Source of the DNA: a virus
Taxonomy: Duplodnaviria > Caudoviricetes
IMG/VR virus record: IMGVR_UViG_3300025314_000014
Location: 4,371-68,370 of that record
Strand: one strand, 5' to 3'
Length of the DNA: 64,000 nt
Shown here: one piece after another, positions 19,901 through 28,782 of the stretch
Numbering within the stretch: position 1 is the stretch's first letter
Layout: each line of letters opens with the position of its first letter
Position numbers and translations under genes: made by a program
Notes under the pieces: model-generated
What the model saw: only the letters and a program-made list of their open reading frames with translations
What the model was told of the DNA's origin: nothing
The model's database searches: none

Positions 19901-21306
19901 CAGGTGAGGACCTCCCTCATGCCGCACCCCCGCTGCATAGAACCTCATCTGCTCCCTCCATTTCTCCATATGAGGTCATACTGAAAGGAGAATCCTAATG
20001 GAAAGCATTATCATCTTGGCCTTTGTGCCCTGGGTAGCGGGTTTTATCCTAGTAGTCCTATTCTGGCTGGTTGCAGCCATTATGGGAATGAAGGAGTAAC
20101 ATGAAGGTAAGACTTCACGCAGGCACAAGAGAGGAATGGATTGTTGAGACAGGGTACCTCTGTATAAAAGATTCCTGTACCATCTTTGAGGGTCTACCTC
20201 CTGACTTCGACCTCTCTATTCCCATATCTATGAGGGAATTAAAGGTTGTTGCGAAAGGACTCTTTATAGGGGCGGTTAATCCTAATGGCAAGTAATTACC
20301 CACCAGGAGTAACAGGCAACGAGTTTGCCATTGCAGGGCCTGACTACGAAAGAGAGTCAGACCTACCCTGTGGTAAGTGTGGAGGCCCTACGATGGAGTT
20401 AGGCTATCGACACGAACATTGGATAGCCTGTCAATGCGGTTGGACTACTGACTTAGAGGAGAGAGAGCCTGACCCAGACCGTGCCTATGATGAGGCTGTT
20501 GAACGCAGATTATTCGGAGAGGAGTACCATGAGTAGCGAGGTAGAGATGCAAGAGGAGAGCCGCAGAGAAAACTTCCGTCATGTTATTTCAGAATTGAAG
20601 AGAGGATTACAGAGGCTAGATGGCTCATGTAGGACATCTGCCTCTGGCAATATTAGGGCCATACATGTCCTCTTGAATAACATTCTTGAGGAGGAAACGA
20701 GATATAATTGATGTTTAGCCTTAGACATTTAGTTCACAAGCTGAGGGACTTAAACTGTCCTGACCCTATTGCCCATGTCAGGATGCTGCGAACCTTTTGC
20801 GGTACACCTGACCGAAGATACTTTCAATGCGTAGCAGTCTGCAATCCCAAGTGTCAGGTGCCTGATAGGATTGCATCTGATATGTGGCAGGAGCTACAGG
20901 AAAGGAGACTGACTCGTGTGTGATGAGCAATACTGTAACTATGTGGATAGTAGACTAGAGGAGTTAGGGGAGAAACTCCATAGGATAGAGGATTATATCC
21001 GTGGGATTGAGCGCCAGCATAACGATGAGACCTATGACCTCCGGTGTGACCTCGATAAGGTAGTCAGCGATATTAGAGACATTGAAGGGAGAATCCGCTA
21101 TGTCTGAACCTTTGTTCACCGAAAGACACTATAAAGTCATTGCTGCTACCCTCGACAAGGCATGGACTGATGGAGCCACAGTTGATGATGAGGAAATCCT
21201 TAACTTCATCGTCGATAAGCTGATTGAAATGTTCAAGGAGGATAATCCTAGCTTCAATGAGGAGATGTTCCTTGATGCACTAGGCTATGCAGAGGAGAAG
21301 TCCTAA
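16923..21306 (+). other. Array of about 20 short early ORFs of unknown function
   Basis: Tightly packed ORFs of about 30-90 aa with strong SDs, many with CxxC; includes an unlisted 56-aa ORF at 19432..19602 (MERTELTFTFERSTKNT...). Confidence 0.7.
17732..18412 (+). CDS. DUF2786-domain protein
   Basis: ILEKIRALLRLANDHAATEAEASLAMERAQALLLKHNL; later SFLYGA and AYQAG motifs. Confidence 0.85.
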   Translation: MEMPDDNILEKIRALLRLANDHAATEAEASLAMERAQALLLKHNLDMLDVKLDEDNFSFEVLDEEFNIGRADWRSTLLGVIARQNFCRVITHRAFGRHPSIIGRKYNIEVVQELSLWLAGQLDTLVMADINAREFLGETVDRTWKDSFLYGAINRIKERLIEVSSQNNGQTQALVVCLDEENDAFIKQAYPNLGHGRTYSIDARAYQAGVSAGNTVSVLPSRRQVR

Positions 21307-21309
21307 ACC

Positions 21310-21576
21310 TTGAGCACACCTCATTTCAAGGAAAGGCTCAGGCGCCAGATACTCGAACGGCATGGATTAGTTCGAGCAGGTCAGGGGCATCTGGAATCTG
21401 AGCCTAGGCCTCCTCCCAATAGCCATAAGACTCTGGCAATGCGCTTGCTTGAGCAGCAATTCAAGAGGCCAATTGAGGAGTTACTAATGGAGGGTTCACT
21501 TGAGGAGGTAGGGAAGAGGTTGAGCATTCACTTCTCTACTGTTAGTCATTGGAGGGAAAGGCTAGGTTTGAGATGA
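21310..21576 (+). CDS. HTH DNA-binding protein
   Basis: SLEEVGKRLSIHFSTVSHWRERLGL. Confidence 0.65.
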   Translation: MSTPHFKERLRRQILERHGLVRAGQGHLESEPRPPPNSHKTLAMRLLEQQFKRPIEELLMEGSLEEVGKRLSIHFSTVSHWRERLGLR

Positions 21577-21606
21577 GATAGTTTTCGTTTGAGTCTGTAG
21601 TGGAAA

Positions 21607-22335
21607 TTGATTCAGTCTAGGAAAGGGAAACCGCAATTGACACAGGAACCGGTTCGCCTAAGTACGGCTGCACCCACAGGGCAAAGCCCTCTACGTAGGT
21701 TCAAAGGTATACTAGGCCAGTACGCTCCAGAAAAGGTTGAGTTCTCAAGACAGGATGGGACTCCTGGCTCCTTTATGGTTGCCGTATTCGACTTCAAGGA
21801 AGTGGAGGTCATAGAGTCTACTGAGCCATACCCGTTCCCCATAGCTCAGGTGAGGATAGGCTACGCCCCTCCAACCTCATCGTTTGGGAAGTCAAGATGG
21901 GAGGCCCTTGCTAGTTCCGTCCGCAAGCTGGTGCCTGATGGGGAGTTGGATGCTCTAGTAGGGAAGAGACAGGAGTGGGCTGTTCTCCCTTGCACACTTA
22001 ACCAGAGGCTTACAGATGAGGATGGCAACGTTATTCTCAACGAGAAAGGCCGTCCCAAGTATGGTGATGTGGAGGGTGAGTCCTGGCAAATTGTCTCTGT
22101 GGATGGCCTAGGGTCAGTAGCTCAGGTTGATGCTGACTTCAATGCCTACCTCTCAGCACTAGCCGATGGCAAGACAGAGCAGCAGTTCTATGAGGCAGCA
22201 CTTACTGACCAGCAGGTTATCACTAAGCCTACTGTAGTCAAGGCTCTAACTGATAGGGTTCTCCTGGATACCCTCATTGCAGCAGAGCGGATAACTAGGG
22301 ACACAGAGGGTGTCCTACACAAGGTACAGTCATGA
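21607..22335 (+). CDS. Hypothetical protein, possibly ssDNA-binding/recombination
   Basis: Beta-rich N-domain next to nuclease and ATPase genes; function from context only. Confidence 0.4.
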   Translation: MIQSRKGKPQLTQEPVRLSTAAPTGQSPLRRFKGILGQYAPEKVEFSRQDGTPGSFMVAVFDFKEVEVIESTEPYPFPIAQVRIGYAPPTSSFGKSRWEALASSVRKLVPDGELDALVGKRQEWAVLPCTLNQRLTDEDGNVILNEKGRPKYGDVEGESWQIVSVDGLGSVAQVDADFNAYLSALADGKTEQQFYEAALTDQQVITKPTVVKALTDRVLLDTLIAAERITRDTEGVLHKVQS

Positions 22336-22661
22336 GGCAGGGAGTAGAATTAGCTAACCAGCTTGATGCTGACGGCAATCCTAGTGGAGGATATGTCTCT
22401 GGAACAGGTCTGCGTATAGATTGGCAGGATGGACCTCTAGGAAGAGATGCCGACAGGCAAGAGCCGAATGGTGCTTTTGTGGAGGATGTAATCTATGCCT
22501 GTGTAGAACGTATCAGATTCTACAATACAACCAGTGAGGGTAAGTTTGCCTGTCGCCAGAACTCCCTAGCTATCACCAAGCTAGAGGAAGCCTTGATGTG
22601 GTTGGATAATCGCACTAGGGAAAGAGAATCCAGAGGAGTGGAGGGGACTCATATCCCCTAG
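22332..22661 (+). CDS. tad1: Tad1-family anti-defence nucleotide-sponge protein
   Basis: IDWQDG...NGAFVEDVI...RIRFYN...FACRQNSLAITKLEEALMWLDNRTRERESRGVEGT matches the Tad1 pattern as I recall it (FQxG, D-L/V, RxNxxAxTxxEEALMWxxxRxxxRxxRxVxGT). Confidence 0.85.
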   Translation: MRQGVELANQLDADGNPSGGYVSGTGLRIDWQDGPLGRDADRQEPNGAFVEDVIYACVERIRFYNTTSEGKFACRQNSLAITKLEEALMWLDNRTRERESRGVEGTHIP

Positions 22662-22676
22662 AAAGGAGTAATTCCT

Positions 22677-23333
22677 ATGGAGTGGGTTGAGGATACGCAT
22701 CTTGCCAACCGTATGATAGGGGACTTAGCCGAGGAGATTAGGATAGATAAGCCTCTACCACACCTCACGGAGCTAATCTATTGCCTCACTAGGTCCTGGT
22801 ATAACCGCAAGAAGCCTCTTCAACCCACTCCAAGGGAAACTATGCTCTTTGTTGTAGGTGTGGGCCTAGAGCAGGTATTGCTCAAGCAGCATAGGCAGCA
22901 TATCGGAGGAGTCCATGACGGTATCTACTATGACATAGACTTCCTGGACTATGAGGGAGAGACAGGAGAATTGAAGTCCACTAGGATTTCAGGTGAGAAG
23001 TTCCTAGAACGTATTCCCTCTACTTGGATTAAGCAGGTATTAGGTTATCTCAAGGTCAGAGGTAGAACACAAATAACCCTACCAGCTATGCACCTAATGG
23101 GGGACTACAAGCCACCATTTCCTGAGCTTAGAGTGTGGAAAGGAACTGCCACCCAAGAGGAGATAGATGACAACTGGAGGTGGATGTTACAGAGACGTAA
23201 TGTCTACCTTGACCATATTGAGAGGGATGAACCACCTAAACAGTTCATCTACAACGAGAAGTGGGAGTGTGACTATTGCCCATACAAACTCCTCTGTGAT
23301 GCTAGAGAGTCAATGAAAGGAGAGACAGGATGA
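22677..23333 (+). CDS. Cas4-like PD-(D/E)XK exonuclease
   Basis: N-terminal Cys (ELIYC), DIDF...ELKS catalytic motif, QxxxY, C-terminal CDYCPYKLLC. Confidence 0.8.
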   Translation: MEWVEDTHLANRMIGDLAEEIRIDKPLPHLTELIYCLTRSWYNRKKPLQPTPRETMLFVVGVGLEQVLLKQHRQHIGGVHDGIYYDIDFLDYEGETGELKSTRISGEKFLERIPSTWIKQVLGYLKVRGRTQITLPAMHLMGDYKPPFPELRVWKGTATQEEIDDNWRWMLQRRNVYLDHIERDEPPKQFIYNEKWECDYCPYKLLCDARESMKGETG

Positions 23334-23923
23334 CTACTCACTCACCTCACCCTGATATGCACACTCACGGCCTAGCTGATGGTTGTGACCGATGTGCAGA
23401 GCACGCTGATAGGCCTCTTGATAGCCTTGATGATGAGAACCTTGATAACCTCGTTCAACGTGTGTTAGGGAAGGCTCCGCCTCGAAGCCTTAACGAGGGC
23501 ATAGCTATGACCCATGTTGCAGAGGCATTGGGCTATGCACGGAAGTTATCTTCATTCCTTAGTCATGGGCAGTAAGCGTAGAGTGCGCCGACGCTCCTGC
23601 CAGACTAAGGCTAGGTATGATACCTATGCCTCTGCTAATGGAGCGGCTAAGGCACTCTCACGCCCTATGTACCAGATGCATCCTTACAAGTGTAGTTTCT
23701 GCCAGGCCTTCCACATTGGTAGGCCTCGAAAGGAGACATAATGCCTGACATCTATAAGCGAGCCTGGGAGCTACTCCGAATTAGGATAGAACGCAGCCGA
23801 AGGCAAACAGTAACCAAGGTAGAGTTGAGGCTCTGGGCCTTACAAGCACTAGAGCAGGCAGTAAGGGAGGTAGATAATGTCGTCATCAGTTGATGGAGCA
23901 CTACAAAACATTGAGGCTCTCCG

Positions 23924-24778
23924 ATGATACTAAGCCTCGAAGGTGAGGAATCCGTTGGCAAAACAACCTTAGCCTATTCTGCACCCCTGCCCATTGTAGG
24001 ATTTGGATTTGACCTAGGAGCAGAGCGAGCTATTTATGGAGGTAGATTCAAGGAACTGTTCGAGGGTCTTAGAATTAATATGGTGCCATACACTAGGAAC
24101 GAACCCCCTAGTAGTGCATCCTGGCAAGACTCTGACATTACCATATTCGAGTTACCTCCCCCAATCCAACTGGACTCAATACGGGTGAAGGGCTGCCATG
24201 CCCTCTGGAACTACTTTATCCAGGCACTAGCTGAGGTAGTGGTAGACCCTCTTATATCCTCCATAGTCATAGACACAATGACTGTAGCAAGACGGATAAA
24301 GGCTGATGCCTACCTGGAAAGCCTACAGGATAAAGCCTTTGATACTAATGGAATAAGAAAGCTCGGAGTAGAATTGAGGGAACGCCTGCTCCAAATAGAA
24401 TGGGGTCAGGCCAACGACCCTGTGAGGAATATCTACACCACCTGTGCAGGAGTCAAGAAAAACCTCATTGCTGTCCACCACCTCACGGATGAGTATAAGG
24501 AAGTTATAGGCCGCGACGGCAAGGTAGAGACAGCTATGACTGGTAATAGGAAACTTGAGGGCCTGAGTCAGACTTACCGTTTCGTGGACGTAGCAATCAG
24601 GATGAGTAAGTCAGGAGGTATTCCCTCTGGCAAGCTACATAAGTGCGGATACAATATGCAGCTTGAAGGAACTATGATGGAGAGTCCATCCTGGGATTCT
24701 ATTGTAGACCTTATAGCACTTGGGTCTGGTGAGAGGATACAATTGGAGAGAAGAGCGAAGGCCCAGGTCTCCTCATGA
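23924..24778 (+). CDS. P-loop ATPase (AAA_24/Sak4-like recombination ATPase)
   Basis: GEESVGKTT, VIDTMT. Confidence 0.7.
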   Translation: MILSLEGEESVGKTTLAYSAPLPIVGFGFDLGAERAIYGGRFKELFEGLRINMVPYTRNEPPSSASWQDSDITIFELPPPIQLDSIRVKGCHALWNYFIQALAEVVVDPLISSIVIDTMTVARRIKADAYLESLQDKAFDTNGIRKLGVELRERLLQIEWGQANDPVRNIYTTCAGVKKNLIAVHHLTDEYKEVIGRDGKVETAMTGNRKLEGLSQTYRFVDVAIRMSKSGGIPSGKLHKCGYNMQLEGTMMESPSWDSIVDLIALGSGERIQLERRAKAQVSS

Positions 24779-25026
24779 GTTGCACCTGGTTGACTGTCAA
24801 AGAGGCCGCTGACTTCCTCAAGATTAACCCCAACACTATGCACAGGTATATCAGAGAAGGCCGCCTACTAGCTAACCGCCCTGGGGGTAGGATAATCCGC
24901 ATTTGCCTAGAAGTCCTTAACGATATGGATGCTCCTCCTAGGTGTAAGGTTTGCAATAAAGCCTTCAAGCTCAATAGTGAGGGCCTCTGCTCTGACTGCA
25001 ACTGGCTCAAGCAGAGGAGCGCCTGA
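24775..25026 (+). CDS. Excisionase-like HTH_17 protein with zinc finger
   Basis: LTVKEAADFLKINPNTMHRYIREGRL plus CKVC...CSDC. Confidence 0.75.
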   Translation: MSCTWLTVKEAADFLKINPNTMHRYIREGRLLANRPGGRIIRICLEVLNDMDAPPRCKVCNKAFKLNSEGLCSDCNWLKQRSA

Positions 25027-25724
25027 TGCTTGCAGATAACCATGAACCCTCAGAAGTCATATCACTACTCCAACAAGCACTCTCAGTTGAGGTTGTACCC
25101 TTGAATGAGCAAGGCCATGCTGATTACCTTTGGCAGGGTATAGGTGGTCAACAACAGGCAGAGCGTAAGACCTGGAATGACCTACTCTCCAACCTGGATA
25201 GTGTAGAGGACTTGCTACGCCGACAAATGGCAGCACATCCTGAGACTAGGCTTATGCTTGTAGTTGAGGGGATTGCAACACCCTCTATGCTTGGTACTGA
25301 TGTATGGACTCCTACACATGGCAAAGCCAGGCTAATGGTGCCTCGCAAGAACTTCCATCTGCCAATACAGACCGTGTATGCATGGCTCTACCAGGTAGAG
25401 AAGTTCATTGAGGTCTACCAGACACCTAATATCTTTGCTACTGCTAGGCTGCTAACATCCTTCTACCGTGCTGACCAGAAGGAAGACCATTCTACCTTTG
25501 AGCGATACCTTAAAACTGCCAGTTTCCATCCTAATCCACAGGTAGCAAAGCTGATGAGTGTAGGTGACGGTATAGGGCCTACACGAGCCCAAGCGTTAAT
25601 TAACCGCTTCGGCACAGTCTGGGGAGTCCTCAAAGCCACACCAGGGGAGTTGTCTGAGGTAGAAGGAATGGGATTGAATACTGCTAGGAAACTTCTAAGA
25701 CAGGTAGGGAGGCCAGATGTTTAG
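25026..25724 (+). CDS. ERCC4/XPF-family structure-specific nuclease with HhH motifs
   Basis: ADNHE, ADY, AERKTWNDL (ERKxxxD), LVVEG; GIGPTRA and GMGLNTA HhH motifs. Confidence 0.8.
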   Translation: MLADNHEPSEVISLLQQALSVEVVPLNEQGHADYLWQGIGGQQQAERKTWNDLLSNLDSVEDLLRRQMAAHPETRLMLVVEGIATPSMLGTDVWTPTHGKARLMVPRKNFHLPIQTVYAWLYQVEKFIEVYQTPNIFATARLLTSFYRADQKEDHSTFERYLKTASFHPNPQVAKLMSVGDGIGPTRAQALINRFGTVWGVLKATPGELSEVEGMGLNTARKLLRQVGRPDV

Positions 25725-26254
25725 CTACAAGTCCTTAGGTGATTTACTGAACAAGAAAGGGTGCCACACACCATATAGGCATATAGCTCTTATGGAATGG
25801 AGGCAGAAAGCACTAACCTGTTATGAGGCGGGAAAAGCCCTTTGGTTTTGGGAGAGGAGATACTATGGCTGACTTCTGTGCACAATGTAGTGATGACCTA
25901 GGAGCACCAGAAGGTTGGTCTGACCTTAAGGGTATAGGCCCTGGAGTTGAGGTTCTCTGCGAGGGTTGTGGCTACATCCAGGTAAGTGATACTGGAGAAT
26001 GTTTAGGGTGTGCTCAACATCCTATAGTAGCAAAGGAGGAAGATGATGAGGAGTATCGGTAAGCCAAAGCGGAGTGTATTCCTCTGAGTTGGAGAACACT
26101 AGGCTGTCTTTCAATTCTAGTAATCCTGAGCAGCCTAGTCTCTCTCAAGTTTCATGGAGGTGATGATGCCACAGTTCTCAATAGAGAGATTCCTACAGGA
26201 TGGCAGAGTCCATTACGGACACCTGACCAAGTTACTGCTGATAGGCGACTGGCT

Positions 26255-26650
26255 GTGGGAGATGTGCCTGACCTGTCGCTGCGACGTGAATTTTACAAGG
26301 ACCTATGGAAGCGAGAACTGGAAGTAGCAAATGCTCCTACGCCAGCCCCAATCCCAGATACGATTCCCCCCACTGAGAGCCCCAAGATGCCCATGTACGT
26401 CACATTCTACAGTTGTCCCCCCTACTGTGGCGACCCATCTGGGCCGCTCCCACTCGGTGAAGGCCAGGCCGCCTGCGACTGGGCCTACATGGGAAGACGG
26501 TTCACGTTAAATGGACAGGAGTGGATATGCAATGATACCGGCGGGCTCGTTCGTGGCAACCACGTAGACCTCTTTTTCTGGGACGTAAATAATGGCTGGG
26601 CTTATCTGGCCCGATATGGAACGGAGGGGATTCTGACATGGATACCGTAG
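26255..26650 (+). CDS. 3D-domain (peptidoglycan-active) protein; N-terminus probably extends upstream
   Basis: VTFY...AACD...CNDTGG...HVDLF; frame open from 26063 with a hydrophobic segment. Confidence 0.7.
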   Translation: MGDVPDLSLRREFYKDLWKRELEVANAPTPAPIPDTIPPTESPKMPMYVTFYSCPPYCGDPSGPLPLGEGQAACDWAYMGRRFTLNGQEWICNDTGGLVRGNHVDLFFWDVNNGWAYLARYGTEGILTWIP

Positions 26651-27198
26651 ATTGGAAGGACCGGCTGACGGAGGATGAGCGGGAGGCAGAGAAACGGCAC
26701 TTCGAGAGTTTCAAGGGGCGTATCTGCAATCAGTGTGGCGAAGGATGGCCATGCGTAACAAAGGGCACTTACGGTTCCCTCACCCGCGCCCGCCTTGAGG
26801 TCGCAGCGAAGGAATCCGAGTTGTCGGTTGTTCAGCGAGACTTGAACGGTGCGAATGCCTACATCGAGGAGGTTCGCAATCAACGAGACAGAGTGGAGGC
26901 TGAGGTGGCAGCATACAAAGCGGCGCGAGACTGCACTATCAACAACGGCTGGTTACAGGAGGGTTTAGAGTGTAGTGTAGATGGTGACCCTGCTTGTGGC
27001 CTTCATCTAAAAATGCAGTTGGATGCATCGCGGGCGCTGGTGGCGGAGCAGAGGAGAGCGATGGGTGTAATTGAGCCTCGCTTTGTTCCGCGCGGAGGCT
27101 GCGACTCTCCTGGGCATGCCAGCCCAGACATTTGCTGGTGGTTGGATACCCTTGCTCTTACCGAAGCTGATATGTTGGAGCGGATGGAGGTGAAGTAA
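26638..27198 (+). CDS. Mosaic coiled-coil accessory protein
   Basis: CxxC...WPC then coiled coil; contains the tract identical to the end of the window. Confidence 0.6.
   Translation: MDTVDWKDRLTEDEREAEKRHFESFKGRICNQCGEGWPCVTKGTYGSLTRARLEVAAKESELSVVQRDLNGANAYIEEVRNQRDRVEAEVAAYKAARDCTINNGWLQEGLECSVDGDPACGLHLKMQLDASRALVAEQRRAMGVIEPRFVPRGGCDSPGHASPDICWWLDTLALTEADMLERMEVK
26794..26874 (+). repeat. 81-bp exact repeat, copy 1 (copy 2 at 63920..64000)
   Basis: CTTGAGGTCGCAGCG...CATCGAGGAGGTT identical in both places. Confidence 0.95.
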
Positions 27199-27984
27199 TT
27201 GCCTAAAGAGTTTGCTCCCCAATACGAGCGCAACGAGCAGGGATGGATTCTTTTCCCTAGAGACTCTGCCGAGCGGAAGGAGCTATTCCCTGATGGGGTA
27301 TTTGAGCATCCTGCTAAGATGCAGCTACATCTCACAAGGGCTCTAATTGAATACCTTACAGAGCCTGGAGATAGCGTCCTAGACCCCTTTGGGGGAACAG
27401 GAACTACTGCTATAGGACTCCTCATGGGCCGGAATGTAGTCCTTATTGAGCTAGAATCCCACTTCATTGAAATCCTGGTAGAGCTACACAAGAGATGGGA
27501 AGGTAGACACCAACAGAAACTCTATGTGATGGCAGGTGATTGCAGGCAAGTCATGGCTGACCTGCCATTCCTCTGTGATGTGGCAATATTTAGCCCTCCA
27601 TATGCTCTCATCAAAGGTAAGGGTTTTAAAGAGGCAGACAGGTACACAGTGGAGGCAGTCAAGAAGTATATAGGCGGCCCTCTGAATATGTCCAACCTCA
27701 ATCAATTCCAGTTTGTGCAGGGGATGAACCTTGTCTACGAGCGCCTGTATGCTAAGTTAGTTCCTAAGGCCAGAATAGCTGTTGTTACTAAGGATACCAT
27801 GAAAGGCCCTGAGAGACAGTTACTCTCTGCTCAAGTTATTAAACAAGCTGGAAAGTGTGGATTTGCCTTTGAAGAATGGTATAAATGGAAGGCACCTGGC
27901 TCTATGGGTCAAGCAGTTGCCCACAGTAAAGGTAGTATGGTAGTTGAGGATGAGGACATTCTTATCTTCAGGAAGGAGACATAG
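27199..27984 (+). CDS. Orphan DNA amino-methyltransferase (probably N4-cytosine)
   Basis: HPAKM, motif I LDPFGGTGTT, motif IV FSPPY. Confidence 0.85.
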   Translation: MPKEFAPQYERNEQGWILFPRDSAERKELFPDGVFEHPAKMQLHLTRALIEYLTEPGDSVLDPFGGTGTTAIGLLMGRNVVLIELESHFIEILVELHKRWEGRHQQKLYVMAGDCRQVMADLPFLCDVAIFSPPYALIKGKGFKEADRYTVEAVKKYIGGPLNMSNLNQFQFVQGMNLVYERLYAKLVPKARIAVVTKDTMKGPERQLLSAQVIKQAGKCGFAFEEWYKWKAPGSMGQAVAHSKGSMVVEDEDILIFRKET

Positions 27985-28174
27985 AAATGGATTACATACT
28001 TAGAGAGATTAGAATCTCCACAGCCTTTATGCTTGAGCTTCTAAGGGAAACGCTACCATCAGACTTTGAGCCTCAAGTAAAGAGAATCACAGGAGTCGCC
28101 TTCCAGGTAGGCCTGAATGATGAGATAGTATTTCAGGTCGAGGTAGATGAGCCTGTAGAGCACAGGACACAACC

Positions 28175-28570
28175 TTGACTCGTAGGCGCTTGCCTGTAAC
28201 TAGAGACTCAATCACCCACCGTGTTGCCATCACGGATAATGGAGGAAACATATTTGACCTCTACATCATTGTGGGCCTTTATACACAATCGAAACGTGAT
28301 AAAGGAAAGCGTAGACCTGGAGAGATGTTCCTGAATATAGGTAAGGTTGGCTCTACTCTCCGAGGTATGCTGGATGTGTTAGGCATCCAGACCAGCCTGT
28401 TGCTACAAAATGGGGTCAGCCTGGAAAGTATTTGTGGTAAGATGGAGGGAGTCTCCTTTGAGCCTAATGGGTCTACGGATAATCCTGAAATACCGACCTG
28501 CTCCTCTCTCATTGATTATGTCTTCCACTGGCTAAGAAATACCTTCAATGAACATCCTCAATCTCGTTAA
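28175..28570 (+). CDS. Stand-alone TSCPD-like domain (class II ribonucleotide reductase C-terminal region)
   Basis: RRRLP...SITHRV...PGEMFL...GK.GSTLRG...SLLLQNGV...FEPNG...SSLIDYVF. Confidence 0.75.
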   Translation: MTRRRLPVTRDSITHRVAITDNGGNIFDLYIIVGLYTQSKRDKGKRRPGEMFLNIGKVGSTLRGMLDVLGIQTSLLLQNGVSLESICGKMEGVSFEPNGSTDNPEIPTCSSLIDYVFHWLRNTFNEHPQSR

Positions 28571-28782
28571 GCAGTATATTAGGGATAATGGTTGGCCTGA
28601 GCGACCAATCAATTTGGGTCCAGCCACCTGTGGTGACAAGTGTAGGAAACTCCATGCTTACTCTCAGGCTATTAAAGCTCAGATTGGTAGTGAAACCTTC
28701 TACTCCTTTATCTACCAAAGACCCTGTAATGAGCATGAGGCTGTAAGGAAAAGTATGCTGAAAGATAAGCGTTGGATAGAAA

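Noticed and set aside
22677-23333. Cas4-like gene as part of a CRISPR-Cas system
   Set aside because: No repeat-spacer array or other cas genes; solo Cas4-like nucleases are common in phage recombination modules.
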